Source: Deltaproteobacteria bacterium
GTDB taxonomy: Bacteria > Myxococcota_A > UBA9160 > SMWR01
NCBI GenBank assembly: GCA_019310425.1
Contig: JAFDEI010000006.1
Coordinates: forward strand, 1,034-65,033
Reading direction: 5' to 3'
Length of the DNA: 64,000 bases
Of this stretch, positions 45,101 to 55,011 are shown piece by piece. The position numbers and the translations under genes are program-made. Below the pieces are notes generated by a model. That model ran no database searches and was not told the DNA's origin. It saw only the letters and a program-made list of their open reading frames with translations. Each line of letters opens with the position of its first letter. Positions within the stretch are counted from its first letter, which is position 1.

Positions 45101-46048
45101 CAGCAGCCCCGCCACCCATTCGGCTGCGGTTCCGACCCCGCCGGCGTTGCTCTCGATGACCCACTGCCCGGGTATCATGTGATGTGCCGACCACAGCCGT
45201 GCGGAGTCGTCGAGCAAGGGGCGGTCGACGACGAGCTGGACGGGCGCGGTGGTTCCGAGAATCACCCCCATCTCGCCGGGCCGTGTGACCCCAGCGCCAA
45301 GCAGGCCGCATTGTGTGTCGCCGCCGCCGACCCCGACCGGAATACCCGCTGGCAGGCCGAGATCGGCCGCTGCGCGTTCAGCGAGTTCGCCGAGTCGGCT
45401 GCCCGGAGTACATACCTCTGGGAACAGGCTGCGCGGAAGCTCGAGACGATCGATCAGATCCCAGGCCCAATCGCCTTCGGCGAGGTCGAGGAGCAGGGTT
45501 TCGCTCGCCTGCGAGGGATCGGTCGCGAGTTCGCCACAGAGGCGGAAGCCAAGCCAGTCGCCGAGGCTCAGGTGCGTCGCCGCGCGGTCCCAGCCGGCGT
45601 TCGCCTGTTGTTTGAGCCAGAGCAGTCGACCTGCGGCCTGGACGGGATTCGGCCAGTGGCCGGTGCGACGGTGCAGTTCCTCGCCGGATTCGGCGCCCAG
45701 GCGGAGTGCCTCGGCGAGTCCGCGTGCGTCACGGTTCGAGGTCGCGAGCAGTAGGTTGCCGTCTGAGTCCAGCACCGCGCTGGCATGACGCATGCTCGTC
45801 GCGGCGATTCCCACGACTTGCTCGGGCTTGGCGCCCGACCGCTCCAGGACCTCGCGTACGCACTCGCAGAGCAGTTCCCAGCATCGTTCGGCGTCGACAT
45901 CCGACGCGGTCGGCAGATCGGAGGGGCTCTCGAAGGTCCAGGTCCGAAACGCGACCGTCATTGCTCGGCTCTCGACATCGATGACGAGGCAACGGCCGCC
46001 ACCACCCCCGAAATCGAGTCCGATCAAGAATCTGGAGTCCATCGTCAC
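42149..46048 (-). CDS. four-domain fusion protein: FGGY (LsrK-like) carbohydrate kinase / D-isomer 2-hydroxyacid dehydrogenase / SCP2 / class II aldolase-adducin
   Basis: One uninterrupted 1299-codon ORF (GTG 46048 or ATG 46042). Motifs: LDFGGGGGR and [13 protein letters not shown] (FGGY); [36 protein letters not shown] (2-HADH); [26 protein letters not shown] (SCP2); PSSE, HCHAP, MQNHG (class II aldolase). Confidence 0.8.
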   Translation of the reverse strand: MTMDSRFLIGLDFGGGGGRCLVIDVESRAMTVAFRTWTFESPSDLPTASDVDAERCWELLCECVREVLERSGAKPEQVVGIAATSMRHASAVLDSDGNLLLATSNRDARGLAEALRLGAESGEELHRRTGHWPNPVQAAGRLLWLKQQANAGWDRAATHLSLGDWLGFRLCGELATDPSQASETLLLDLAEGDWAWDLIDRLELPRSLFPEVCTPGSRLGELAERAAADLGLPAGIPVGVGGGDTQCGLLGAGVTRPGEMGVILGTTAPVQLVVDRPLLDDSARLWSAHHMIPGQWVIESNAGGVGTAAEWVAGLLFPDTPWPLGHLFAEAECSLPGAAGMVSTLGADVMDARKLGLPIGNLTLSPMGPGDSRERRQHLARSIVEGIAFGLRANIEQAEAVAGCAATRIHVAGGLARSAFFTQTLSDVLDRPVDVGGTPEATALGAAICAGVAAGVYPDLAAGAAALATSDRSCEPTAAATIYSELYGDWNGLRLARAESDAAASALAIKGLLSQPQPVRQAETSNDARPRILVTAEMDEAGLAGLQRIGDVEHVPFKKAMRLLTGRTLAEALAGVEVFVTEIDVVDAVALSEADDLRIVATCRGDAVNVDIAACSDLGIPVLNAPGRNADAVADLTLTYLLMLARRMPEAAAFLREPGGEAGDMGRMGRAFKQLQGRELWRKTIGLVGMGAVGRKVIERLRPFGVHCLVHDPYVDADRIRLAGAEPASLAEVLERSDFVSLHAAVSDETTGMIGAAEIARMRAGSCLVNTARAALIDQDALVDALEAGHLAGAAMDVFSVEPPASDDPLLALDNVIATPHIGGNTAEVASHQGRIIAADLERMRAGVPALCLLNPDVLADFDWTQPRTPPTAEQKRRLLQRPPPAVTDLEKKGHASTRTSAAPAAAPSAIGPSSPIPDSNLVELRSSMERVLTAFAHGLVNDEALREAGSGREVVLHFIIIDLDLEIHFGFAPGGLIGGIGAPDDLADVQLKMRADMFDGMFTGRTNPMQAAMEGDISFSGDTAKAMTLTEIQADMERVYRAAIAEVGEPGDLSSIPRPDESGPATGATPADSATVSVRTGTPVSGIPASDARHQLVEIVNELYATQLITATGGNVSVRTGTPGEAWITPSQLFKGDLAPEILVRIGMDGRALDPAARSPSSEAPMHTAVFEAKPEAQAIIHCHAPNATILANTGLPFLPISTEAAFLVNIGRIPFVMPGTADLATAVVEAMGDGWAVLMQNHGVLVAGRSLRRAADMAEIIERTAEVILGCYAVGREPPVLPEETVRILSKMGDLMA
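42678..42820. repeat. 23-bp perfect direct repeat, copies exactly 120 bp apart, inside the fusion gene
   Basis: ggcgttcccgtgcgcacgctgac occurs at 42678-42700 and 42798-42820. Both copies encode VSVRTGTP in frame. Confidence 0.9.
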
Positions 46049-46247
46049 CCCCGGTCAGCGAACCTCGATTCTACCTGCGTGCGGGCCGGAATTGCGAGGG
46101 GGACCGACAGGGAGAGGACAGCGCGGAGCGTTTTACGCGACAACGCGGGAGCCTTGGACGCAAAGTGTCCAGTGTGCGGCATCGCGCTTTCCTGGCGGGC
46201 GCGGCTGTGTTGTAGTTCGCATCGGACAGTCACGGAAGGAATCGGGC

Positions 46248-47201
46248 ATGCTGCTGCGAATTGTCGGGCTCTTGCTTTCGGTCGTCACCTGGCTCGTGCC
46301 GGTCGGCGCGTCGGCCGAAGACGCCGTTCCGGGTCTGGCGCTGCGCTGGCTCGGGGTCGCGGGTTTCAGTGTTTCCGATGGCGAAACGGTACTGCTGCAC
46401 GATCCGTATCTGAGCCGGCCGGGTTTGCTGGCGACACTCTTCACGCGTTTCCGGCCGGACGAGGGGCTATTGGAGCGCTGGCTCGACCCGGGCGGGCCAG
46501 CGCCGGAGGCTGTGTCCGCGCGGACCATCCTGATCGGTCACAGTCACTTCGATCACCTCGGCGACAGCCCCTGGATCGCCGATCGAATCGGTGCCACGAT
46601 CGTGGGTTCAGGCACCACGGTTGCCATCGCGCAGGCTTACGGGCTGCCTGGGGAACGGACCCGCCTGTTGGACCCGGGCGATGAAATCGATGTCGGGCCA
46701 TTCGAGATCCGCGTCGTTGCGAGCCGCCATGCTGCCGTCATGTTCGGCCGCGTGCCGCTCACTGGCCATGTGCTCGAGCCGCCCGTCGGGCCGATTCACG
46801 CGCTGTCATTCAAGCTCGGCGATGCGCGGGGCTACCTGATCAGGCACCTGCCGAGTGGGGTGCGGGTGTACGTGACCAGCAGCGCGGCCGTCGATCGCCC
46901 CGCGCTCGAGGCACTACGCGATGCCGGCATCGAGGTCGACGTACTGCTGGCTGCGATCCCGGGGCGTGCTCCGGACTACGTTCCGAGCCTGATCGAGCTG
47001 TTGCGGCCGCGAATCGTCGTGCCCCATCATTTCGACGACTTCTTCGTCCCGATCTCGGAGCCGGCGGCGGGAACGGCGACTTCACCCGAGGATCTCGAGC
47101 TGTTCGAGGAGGAGGTTCGCGCCGCCTCGGAGCGTTTCGGGACCGACACGGAAGTGCGCCGCGTCGCCTTGTTCGAGCGCTTCGAGCTCGTTTCCGACTG
47201 A
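46248..47201 (+). CDS. MBL-fold metallo-hydrolase with signal peptide
   Basis: ATG 46248 and signal LLLSVVTWLVPVGASA. HSHFDH metal motif and a later VPHHFDDF. Confidence 0.7.
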   Translation: MLLRIVGLLLSVVTWLVPVGASAEDAVPGLALRWLGVAGFSVSDGETVLLHDPYLSRPGLLATLFTRFRPDEGLLERWLDPGGPAPEAVSARTILIGHSHFDHLGDSPWIADRIGATIVGSGTTVAIAQAYGLPGERTRLLDPGDEIDVGPFEIRVVASRHAAVMFGRVPLTGHVLEPPVGPIHALSFKLGDARGYLIRHLPSGVRVYVTSSAAVDRPALEALRDAGIEVDVLLAAIPGRAPDYVPSLIELLRPRIVVPHHFDDFFVPISEPAAGTATSPEDLELFEEEVRAASERFGTDTEVRRVALFERFELVSD

Positions 47202-47252
47202 AGTCGCTCCGGCTTCAAGGGGGCCCGACGTCGAGCCGATGGTACTCCCGAG

Positions 47253-48197
47253 ATGTGGCTCGACATCCTCGCGCTGATGATCCTCGCGGGCTTTGCGGTG
47301 GCTGGTCTGCTGCGGGGCGGACTCGCGACCGGAATGGGTCTGCTTTCACTGCTGGTCGCGTACGCGGTCGGGTTTGGCTGCGCGAGAGCATTCGGCGCGG
47401 AGGCTGCAGCGCAGCTCGATCTCCCCGCTCTGCTCGGTCCCCCACTGATGGGTGCCGTGTCGTTCGTGCTGGCCTACATCGCGATGGGTTGGCTTTCGGC
47501 ACTGCTGAAACGACATGAAAAACGGCACCGGGCGGGTGCTCGAAGCGCACGTGACCGCTTCATCGGGGCTTGCCTGGGTTTCGCTCGCGGCGGTCTGGTG
47601 TTGTTGTTGCTGTGTCTGCTCGCAATCTGGCTGGATGCGCTTCGCTCGAGTGGACAGGCTGAATTTCTGCCCGCAATCGGAGATTCGCGGGCCGCAGCCG
47701 TGACGGGCGACCTGGTCGAGGCCGGCGTCACGGCGGCGCTCTCGGACGCTGGCCCCAGCGCGCGCGTGGCGGCCCGGTTGGTGGCTCGCCCCGCGACTTC
47801 CCTCGCTGATTTGCAGGCCGTGCTCGAGAACCCCCACATCGCGAGGCTGCAGCAGGACCAGCTGTTCTGGACCTATGTCGAGACCGGGGCCGTCGATGCG
47901 GCGCTCAACCGCGGCAGCTTCATCGATGTGATGCACGATCGTGATCTGCAGCAGGGATTCGCGTCACTCGGTGTGATCGAGCGCGATGTGGTCGATGATC
48001 CGAGCGCGTTTCGAGACCTCGCCGAGCGCGCGTTGCGCGCAATCGGCCCGCGAATTCGTGGACTGCGAGACGATCCGGAGCTGAAGCGTCTGATGTCCGA
48101 CCCGGAGGTGCTTTCGATGCTCGAGTCGGGCGATACGCTGTCGCTGCTGATGCATTCCGACTTCCGCTCATTCGTCTCGAACGTCGCCAGTCGCTGA
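47253..48197 (+). CDS. CvpA-family membrane protein with extended soluble C-terminal region
   Basis: The N-terminal WLDILALMILAGFAVAGLLRG plus 3-4 TM helices are typical of CvpA. Confidence 0.6.
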   Translation: MWLDILALMILAGFAVAGLLRGGLATGMGLLSLLVAYAVGFGCARAFGAEAAAQLDLPALLGPPLMGAVSFVLAYIAMGWLSALLKRHEKRHRAGARSARDRFIGACLGFARGGLVLLLLCLLAIWLDALRSSGQAEFLPAIGDSRAAAVTGDLVEAGVTAALSDAGPSARVAARLVARPATSLADLQAVLENPHIARLQQDQLFWTYVETGAVDAALNRGSFIDVMHDRDLQQGFASLGVIERDVVDDPSAFRDLAERALRAIGPRIRGLRDDPELKRLMSDPEVLSMLESGDTLSLLMHSDFRSFVSNVASR

Positions 48198-48219
48198 TGC
48201 ATTCCGTGACGGTGCCGGT

Positions 48220-48927
48220 TCAGGGAGCCGGCGTCTCGCTCTCGCCCGCCTCGCGTGTTTCGTGCTTCGAGCGGGCGGACTCCGGCGTGACGAGGCCGGC
48301 AGACATCACGATCTTGAACGCGTCCTCGACGCTCAGATCGAGGTTGATGATCTCCTCCTCGGGAACCAGCAGATAGAATCCGGAGGTCGGATTCGGCGTC
48401 GTCGGCAGGAAGCAGTTGATCATCCTCGAGCCGGTCTTCCTCTGGAGTTCGCCGCTCGCCTCACCCGTGACGAACGCAAGTGCGAAGACGTCTTTGCGCG
48501 GATATTCGATCATCACGACGCGGTTGAAGCGCTGCCCCTGCTGGCTGCTGAAGATCGCTTCGAGGAGCTGTTTTACTCCGGCGTAGATGCTGCGCGCGAC
48601 CGGCACCTGAGAGAGCAGGCGTTCCCAGGCGCGCTGGAATTCGGTGCCGAAGAAATGCCGCGCGATCACGCCGAGCACGATGATGACGAAGAACGTGAAC
48701 AGCATGCCCACGAGCGGCAGCGCCGGCGGGTCTTCGAGCCCTGGGATCACGAGTTGTAGGAATCTGGGCAGGATCAGGTTGTCGAGCCAGACGACGATCG
48801 ATGCGATTGCCCAGATCGTGATGCCGATCGGTGCGAAGAAGAGAATGCCCGCGACGAAGTAACGACGCACCGCTTCGCGCAGGAGTAGGAGGATCCGCCG
48901 GCCCATCAGTAGGCAGGGATATAGCAA
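48220..48927 (-). CDS. DUF502 family membrane protein
   Basis: FFAPIGITIWAI...WLD, then IPGLG-like and PTTPNPTSGFYLLVP motifs typical of DUF502. Alternative start 48906. Confidence 0.65.
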   Translation of the reverse strand: MLYPCLLMGRRILLLLREAVRRYFVAGILFFAPIGITIWAIASIVVWLDNLILPRFLQLVIPGLEDPPALPLVGMLFTFFVIIVLGVIARHFFGTEFQRAWERLLSQVPVARSIYAGVKQLLEAIFSSQQGQRFNRVVMIEYPRKDVFALAFVTGEASGELQRKTGSRMINCFLPTTPNPTSGFYLLVPEEEIINLDLSVEDAFKIVMSAGLVTPESARSKHETREAGESETPAP

Positions 48928-48969
48928 TTGCCCGCTGGAGCCGCCCGGCCGGCCGGGTGCGCGGCCCTC

Positions 48970-49983
48970 TCAGCGCAGCAGCACGTCGCAGGCGGTGCGG
49001 AACTTCCGGATCAGTCGGCCGAACGCGTTGTGGTGGATGTTCCGCCGCAGCAGCACCAGCAGCTTGCGTTGTGCGGTGTAGCGCGTCAGGGCTGCGCGCT
49101 TCGGGCGGGCGCCGTCGATATCGACCGAATCGAGCTGCAAGCTGAGTTCCTGCCGGGAATAGCCCCAGGTCGCGAGGTCCTCGTCGAGCAGCGAGTCGAG
49201 TATCCGGCGTGCGAGCGCAACGGAATCGGGATTGCCGGCCAGGTCCGAGGTCCATTTCTCGATCGACTTCGTGGTCGGGCGAGTTTCCTTCGCAACCGTG
49301 ATCGGATCGCCGAGTCCGTCCACGGCGCGTTCCTGCCCCTCGGGCCGACCGCCGTACTCGATCATCTCCGGGTCGAATTCGAGGTCTGCGAAGTCGCAGA
49401 TCCGCCGCAGCTGGGTGTCGGGGTCGGCGACGAGTTCTTCGTAGCGAACGTGGCAGCATGGCATGGGGCGTTCGCGCAGGAAGCGTGCGATCGCGGGCAC
49501 GTAGCGCTCGAGCAGCGGGTTGTGGGCGTGGGCCGCGCTGTGATCGCCGTCGAAGAACGAGTTCCCGAATGACGACCACACCGCGATGGGATTGCGCGTG
49601 AGCACGATGGCGGGTGCGCTCGGGTAGAGCTTCGCGACGAAGTCGAGCACCAGCGCGTACGCGGGGGTCTTGTCGAGCAGCCGCGTTTGCCCGCTCGGTG
49701 CGAGCAGCCGCTGATAGAGCGTGTCGGAGCACGCGCGCAGTGCGTCGAGATAGTCGTTCTCGCCACCTGGCAGGGCGCCGACGAGTTCGCGCATTGCGGC
49801 CTGCGTGATCGCCGCGTCGTAGGGGGCCTTTTCGACCGAGGCGTAGTAGCCGAGATGCGCCAGCGGTGTCAGCAGGTGGGGCTCTTGGGGTGCAAAGACT
49901 TCCGGGTGGCCTCCGAGCATCCGAGTGAGCAGGGTGGACCCCGAACGCGGTGGGCCGATCAAGAACAGCAGCTTCTTTTCCAC
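48970..49983 (-). CDS. sulfotransferase family protein
   Basis: PAPS 5'-phosphosulfate-binding loop GPPRSGSTLL. The downstream RNP...S block resembles the 3'-phosphate-binding motif. GTG start. Confidence 0.75.
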   Translation of the reverse strand: MEKKLLFLIGPPRSGSTLLTRMLGGHPEVFAPQEPHLLTPLAHLGYYASVEKAPYDAAITQAAMRELVGALPGGENDYLDALRACSDTLYQRLLAPSGQTRLLDKTPAYALVLDFVAKLYPSAPAIVLTRNPIAVWSSFGNSFFDGDHSAAHAHNPLLERYVPAIARFLRERPMPCCHVRYEELVADPDTQLRRICDFADLEFDPEMIEYGGRPEGQERAVDGLGDPITVAKETRPTTKSIEKWTSDLAGNPDSVALARRILDSLLDEDLATWGYSRQELSLQLDSVDIDGARPKRAALTRYTAQRKLLVLLRRNIHHNAFGRLIRKFRTACDVLLR

Positions 49984-49993
49984 AGGGTCTTCC

Positions 49994-51306
49994 TCAGCTT
50001 TCGAAGCCGTTGTCGGCCGCGACCTGGCCGTACCAGTGGCCCGATGCCTTCAAAGTCCGGTCGGCGCTCGGGAAATCGACGTAGGTCAGGCCGAAGCGCT
50101 GGCGGTACCCCTCGGACCACTCGAAGTTGTCGAGTAGGGTCCAGGCGTGGTACCCGCGCACGTCGGCGTTGCCTTCGATCGCCCGAGCGACGGCGGCCAG
50201 GTAACCGCGGAAGAATTCGATCCGGCGTTGGTCGTTGATGACACCGTTCGAGTCGGGGCCATCCGAGTAGGAGCAGCCGTTCTCGGTGACTTCGAGTACG
50301 GGGCGGTCGTAGTCCGCGGTGACGCGCATCAACATGTCGTAGAGAGCGTCGGGCCAGACCTCCCAGCCGAAGTCCGTCCTCGGCCCCTGCTCGCCGCCCT
50401 GTGCCATCACGTGTTGGGCATCGAGACCGAGCGGCCCGCCCTCGCAGGCGGCTACGTGCGAGCGCGAGTGAGGTCGTCGTCCCGCACGCCCATGAGTTCT
50501 ACGGGTAGGCCGCCCGGAAACGCGTCGGGGTAATGGCCGAGCAGCGCGGGCTCGAGGAACCAGCAGTTGGTGTAGCGGTGCCAGCGCTCGGCAGCCTCCG
50601 AATCGGCTTCGGTGTCGCCCGCGGGCTCGCACGGGGCCATGCTGAACGCGGTCCCGACCCGGCTCTCGGGGTACTCGGACTTGATCGCGCGGAAGCCCTC
50701 GCCTTGGGCGAGGTTCACGGTGTGGCTGGCCCGCAGGAGTGCGTCGCGGTCGCGGCGACCGGGGGCGTGCATCCCAAAGCCGTAACCGAGCGAGGTGAAG
50801 ACCTGGGGCTCGTTGAAGAGGATCCAGTCGTGGACGCGGTCACCGATCGCGCGCGCGACGATATGGGCGTAGTCGGCGAAGCGCCCAGCGGTGTCGCGAT
50901 TCGGCCAGCCCCCGCGATCCTCGAGTGCCTGTGGCAGATCCCAGTGATACAGCGTGGGGAAGGGCCGGATCCCGGCCGCGAGCAGGTCGTCGACCAGGCG
51001 GCGGTAGTAGTCGACTCCCTTCGCATTCACGCTGCCGTCGCCCTCCGGCAGGATGCGGGGCCAGGCGATCGAGAAGCGGTAGCTGTTGAGGTTCATCTCG
51101 CGCATCAGCGCGATGTCTTCAGCATGGCGGTGGTAGGAATCGCACGCGACATCGCCGGTGTCGCCACTCGAGATATTCCCCTCGGTATGGGCGAATCGAT
51201 CCCATATCGATTCACCCTTGCCGTCCTCGCGCGCGGCTCCCTCGATTTGATACGAAGCGGTCGCGGTGCCCCAGTGGAAACCATCGGGGAAGTGAATGCG
51301 CGCCAT
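49994..51306 (-). pseudogene. GH1 beta-glucosidase interrupted by a frameshift near 50450-50480
   Basis: The N-terminal ORF (50452..51306) has FHWGTATASYQIEG, YRFSIAWPRI and LFNEP (acid/base Glu). The C-terminal part (frame of ORF 49994..50632) has VTENG (nucleophile Glu), HAWTLLDNFEW and YRQRFGLTYVD. The two parts are in different frames. Confidence 0.75.
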
Positions 51307-51426
51307 TGAGGGTCCTCCTGATCAGCGGCTGAAGTCGGCCATGATAGCCGGGTCGCTGGAAATGGGGTCGCTTCGTGTGTCGCCTTGACCCGATGCGGGC
51401 GGGCGGTAGCGTGCAAGGGGCCTGCG

Positions 51427-52515
51427 ATGTCCGTTGCATCTTCCTTCAGTGCCGCGAAGAATCTCGCTGAACGAGCCCGGGGCCTCGGGCTCGCGATCGG
51501 TTTCGATCTCGTGGGTGTCTCGCGCGCCGAGCCGACGCGCGAGAGCGAGTTCCTGCGCGACTGGATCGCGCGCGGATACGCGGGTGAGATGCATTATCTC
51601 GAGCGTCGCCTCGAGCAGCGTGTCGACCCGCGGCGTGTGCTGGAGGGCGCTCGTAGCATCGTGGCCGTGGGTCTCGTCTACGATCCCGGCCCGCGTGACG
51701 AACCGCTCCCGGGACATGTGCGAGTGGCGCGGTACGCCGGCGGCGAGGACTACCACGAAGTCCTGTGGGAGCGACTGCGCGCGCTCGAAGCCGCGCTCGA
51801 GACGCTGACGTCCGAGCCGGTCCGCACGCGCTCGTTCTGCGACACCGGTCCTGTGTCCGAGCGGGTCTACGCGGCGCGGGCCGGGCTCGGTTGGCAGGGC
51901 AAGAATACCTGTCTGATCCATCCGCGGCTCGGTTCTTATCTGTTTCTCGGCGTCGTACTGACCGACCTGGAACTCGAGCCCGACACTCCCGAGCCGGACC
52001 ACTGCGGCAGCTGCCGCGCTTGTCTGGACGCGTGCCCGACCGACGCCTTCCCCGAAGCCTACCTGCTCGACGCCACGCGTTGCTTGTCATACACGACGAT
52101 CGAGTCGCGCGGAGCGATCGATGTCGGGTTGCGCAGCGACCACGGTGATCGGGTATTCGGCTGTGACATCTGCCAGGAGGTCTGCCCGTGGAATCGGCGC
52201 CGGGGTCGCGAGATTCCCGACGATCCGCTCGGATTGCGCGCCCGCCTGCGCCCGCGACCCGAGTGGCTGCAGCCGTCGTTGCGGTGGATTCTCGAGCTGG
52301 ACGAGGCCCGCTGGCGGGCGGCCACGAAGGGCACCGCGTTGCGGCGAAGCAAGTACCGCGGGCTGATCCGCAACGCGCTGATCGTGGCAGGTAATTCCGG
52401 ATGCTCCGAGCTGCTTCCGCTGGTTCGGCGTTGGACCCGGTCCGACGACGCGCTGCTTGCCGAGCACGCGGGCTGGGCGCTGGCCAAGCTCGAAGCGGCG
52501 CCAGCGAGTCGCTAG
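51427..52515 (+). CDS. queG: tRNA epoxyqueuosine(34) reductase
   Basis: YARGEDYHEVL-like block (YAGGEDYHEVL). 4Fe-4S motifs CGSCRACLDACPT and CDICQEVCPWN. C-terminal HEAT-like region. Confidence 0.8.
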   Translation: MSVASSFSAAKNLAERARGLGLAIGFDLVGVSRAEPTRESEFLRDWIARGYAGEMHYLERRLEQRVDPRRVLEGARSIVAVGLVYDPGPRDEPLPGHVRVARYAGGEDYHEVLWERLRALEAALETLTSEPVRTRSFCDTGPVSERVYAARAGLGWQGKNTCLIHPRLGSYLFLGVVLTDLELEPDTPEPDHCGSCRACLDACPTDAFPEAYLLDATRCLSYTTIESRGAIDVGLRSDHGDRVFGCDICQEVCPWNRRRGREIPDDPLGLRARLRPRPEWLQPSLRWILELDEARWRAATKGTALRRSKYRGLIRNALIVAGNSGCSELLPLVRRWTRSDDALLAEHAGWALAKLEAAPASR

Positions 52516-53057
52516 CTGGGCTTGTAGGCTGCGAGGTGGGCGAGGGCGGTCGGACGTTCGCTTCCGACCACGTCTTCATAGAACGACGCCACTCGGAGCG
52601 CAGTGAACAGGGTCGGCAGCTCACCGGCGCCAAGCAGATGGGCGGGGTTTCGCGGTCCGGCGCCGAACTCGAGCTGCGTGAGCGTGAAGGTCTCGTAGAG
52701 CAACAGGCCGCCCGGGACCAGCGCGGCCTCGATCTTCGGAGCGAGTGGGCGATAGAGAAAGCGAAACACCAGGATTGCGCCGCAAGAATTTGGTTTCAAA
52801 GGGATTTCCGCCGGGTTTTCGATGTCTGCCCGGATGCTTTCGAGCGCCAGTCCGCGTGAACGGGCGAGCGATTGCAGGCCGGCCAGGGAGTCGCGGTTGC
52901 GGTCGATTCCGATCACCCGAAATCCAGCCTCGGCGGCAGCGATGCTGTGGCGACCCCGGCCGCAGGCCAGGTCCAAGATCGGACCGTGTTGGGCCGCTTT
53001 GGTCAACGCCTGGACATGCTCGACGAAGAACCTCGAGGGCGGCGAGGGGTCGCTCAA
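52512..53057 (-). CDS. class I SAM-dependent methyltransferase
   Basis: ILDLACGRGRHS motif I and VIGIDRN motif II. 181 aa. The start overlaps the GDPD stop (ATGA). Confidence 0.7.
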   Translation of the reverse strand: MSDPSPPSRFFVEHVQALTKAAQHGPILDLACGRGRHSIAAAEAGFRVIGIDRNRDSLAGLQSLARSRGLALESIRADIENPAEIPLKPNSCGAILVFRFLYRPLAPKIEAALVPGGLLLYETFTLTQLEFGAGPRNPAHLLGAGELPTLFTALRVASFYEDVVGSERPTALAHLAAYKPS

Positions 53058-53872
53058 TGGGCCGCTCTCGTGCGCCGTCGCTCGATCAGGTCTGCGAGGC
53101 GTTGGGGGTGGTCGGTGATGATGCCGTCGACGCCGAGGTCGAGCAGCGCACTCATTTCCTCTTCATCGTTGATGGTCCAGACGTGTACTTGGATTCCATG
53201 TCTATGCGCATGTGCGATGAGTGCCTCCGTGACCAACGGACGGTTCGCGAATTCGAGTGGGATCTGGAGCACCATTGCGGGTGTCTCGGGCGGCGATCCG
53301 TCCGCTGCACTCTGGATCACTGCGAGAACATCTTCGGTACTCGCGCCGTGTGCGATGCCGAGCCTTCGTTCAGCCAGGTGGCGCCGCAGGCACCGCATGG
53401 CTTCTCCGCTCTCTGCGGTCAACAGGGTGAGGGCGGCGCGCTCCATCCGAGAGATGACGCTCGCGGTTGCTGCAATCGCAGCCTCTCCAGGCGTCTTGAT
53501 CTCGAGGTTGAAGCGAGCCCCCGGGAATGCATTCAACGATTCCTCGAGTGTTGGCACCCGAAGTCCCTGTCCACGAAAAGGAAAATCCTGTCCCGATTCT
53601 GATCTGAAACGGCATCCGGCGTCGAGTTCCTGCAATTCGTTCAGCGGCAGGTTCGCGACGGGTCCGCTGCCATCGGTGACCCGATCGACATCCGGATCGT
53701 GCAGCAGCACCGGCACGCCGTCTCGCGTGAGATGGACATCCGATTCGAGGATCGCGGCACCCGCGGCGAGGCCGCGCTCGAAAGCGAACAGTGTGTTCTC
53801 CGGCGCGCTGCCCGCGCAGCCGCGGTGGCCGATGACGATCGGAGTGGGGAGGGAGAAGTAGGGGTGCCGCAC
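53054..53872 (-). CDS. glycerophosphodiester phosphodiesterase
   Basis: IGHRG...PENT, ESDVHLTRDGVPVLLHD and a C-terminal GVDGIITD. GTG start. Confidence 0.85.
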   Translation of the reverse strand: MRHPYFSLPTPIVIGHRGCAGSAPENTLFAFERGLAAGAAILESDVHLTRDGVPVLLHDPDVDRVTDGSGPVANLPLNELQELDAGCRFRSESGQDFPFRGQGLRVPTLEESLNAFPGARFNLEIKTPGEAAIAATASVISRMERAALTLLTAESGEAMRCLRRHLAERRLGIAHGASTEDVLAVIQSAADGSPPETPAMVLQIPLEFANRPLVTEALIAHAHRHGIQVHVWTINDEEEMSALLDLGVDGIITDHPQRLADLIERRRTRAAH

Positions 53873-53899
53873 AGCGCGTACGGTACCATGCAGCGTTCC

Positions 53900-54412
53900 A
53901 TGTCCGTGCTCACGCGTGATGCCATCTTTGCTGAAATCGATGCCGGGCGGTTGAAGCTCTCACCCTTCTCGCGCGATCAAGTCGGTGCGGCTTCGATCGA
54001 CCTGACCCTCGGTGACGAGATTCGCGTGATCGAGATGGGTGAGGGTCCGATCGAAGTCGAGAACGGGGCGGACTTCCGCGACCATACCCAGGTCCAATCC
54101 CTTTCCAGCCCGTATGACCTTTCTCCCGGTTCGACGATCCACGGGATCACCCGGGAGCGCATCGAGCTGCCGCCGAACCTGTGCGGATTTCTCGAAGGTC
54201 GCAGCCGGTTCGCGCGCCTGGGTCTGATGATCCACGTGACCTCCGCGTTCGTGCAGCCCGGGGTTGCCAACCGCCAGGTCCTCGAGATGAGCAATGTCTC
54301 GGCGCGGACGTTGCGGATCCACTCAGGGGTTCGTCTGTGCCAGATCGTGTTGATGCGCACCGAGGGGGAATCTCACTACCGCGGTCGGTTCGCCGACCAG
54401 GATGCGATCTGA
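53900..54412 (+). CDS. dcd: dCTP deaminase family protein
   Basis: ASIDLTLG, the GRSRFARLGL loop and a VLEMSN-type active-site block. Alternative start 53888. Confidence 0.8.
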   Translation: MSVLTRDAIFAEIDAGRLKLSPFSRDQVGAASIDLTLGDEIRVIEMGEGPIEVENGADFRDHTQVQSLSSPYDLSPGSTIHGITRERIELPPNLCGFLEGRSRFARLGLMIHVTSAFVQPGVANRQVLEMSNVSARTLRIHSGVRLCQIVLMRTEGESHYRGRFADQDAI

Positions 54413-54872
54413 GGCGCCGGTCGTGCGCGCGGTCGCACAGCGGGTTTCGTCGGCGGAAGTCCGGGTGGACGGAGAGCGCATCTCGGAGATGGGCGAGGGC
54501 CTGCTCGCGTTCGTCGGGGTGGGGCGCGAAGACGATGCCCGACAGGCCGACGAACTCGCGCGACGCCTCGTTCGCCTGCGCATCTTCAATGACGATGCCG
54601 GGCGCATGAACCACTCGCTGCTCGACGTCGGCGGCACTCTCGGAGTGGTGTCGCAGTTCACGTTGTTCGGCGACGCCCGGCAGGGGCGAAGACCGTTCTT
54701 CGGCGACGCCGCTCCGGCCGACCAGGCTGCGCCGCTGATCGAGCGACTGATCGCGTCCGCCGAATTGCTCGGTGCGCGCACCGCTCGCGGTCGCTTCCAG
54801 GCCACGATGGAAGTCGAACTCGTAAATGTGGGCCCGGTCACATTGCTGCTCGACACCGACAAGCGTTTCTGA
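54402..54872 (+). CDS. dtd: D-aminoacyl-tRNA deacylase
   Basis: VAQRV..A.V, SQFTL(F)GD, and the C-terminal NVGPVTLLLD motif. Alternative start GTG 54423. Confidence 0.85.
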   Translation: MRSEAPVVRAVAQRVSSAEVRVDGERISEMGEGLLAFVGVGREDDARQADELARRLVRLRIFNDDAGRMNHSLLDVGGTLGVVSQFTLFGDARQGRRPFFGDAAPADQAAPLIERLIASAELLGARTARGRFQATMEVELVNVGPVTLLLDTDKRF

Positions 54873-55011
54873 TCGATTCGCCACTTCGCCTTGCTCAGCT
54901 TCGCTTGTAGCGTCATCATCCCTAGGGGGCCAACGGGAAATCGGGACGGGATCACCAACGATGGTGCTCTCCGGATCTTGGCGACCTTTGGCGAAGATGA
55001 TGGGAGAAAGC

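Noticed and set aside
52512-52515. queG and the convergent methyltransferase share a palindromic CTAG providing both stop codons
   Set aside because: Real but trivial: a 4-nt overlap of convergent stops, with no functional implication I can support.
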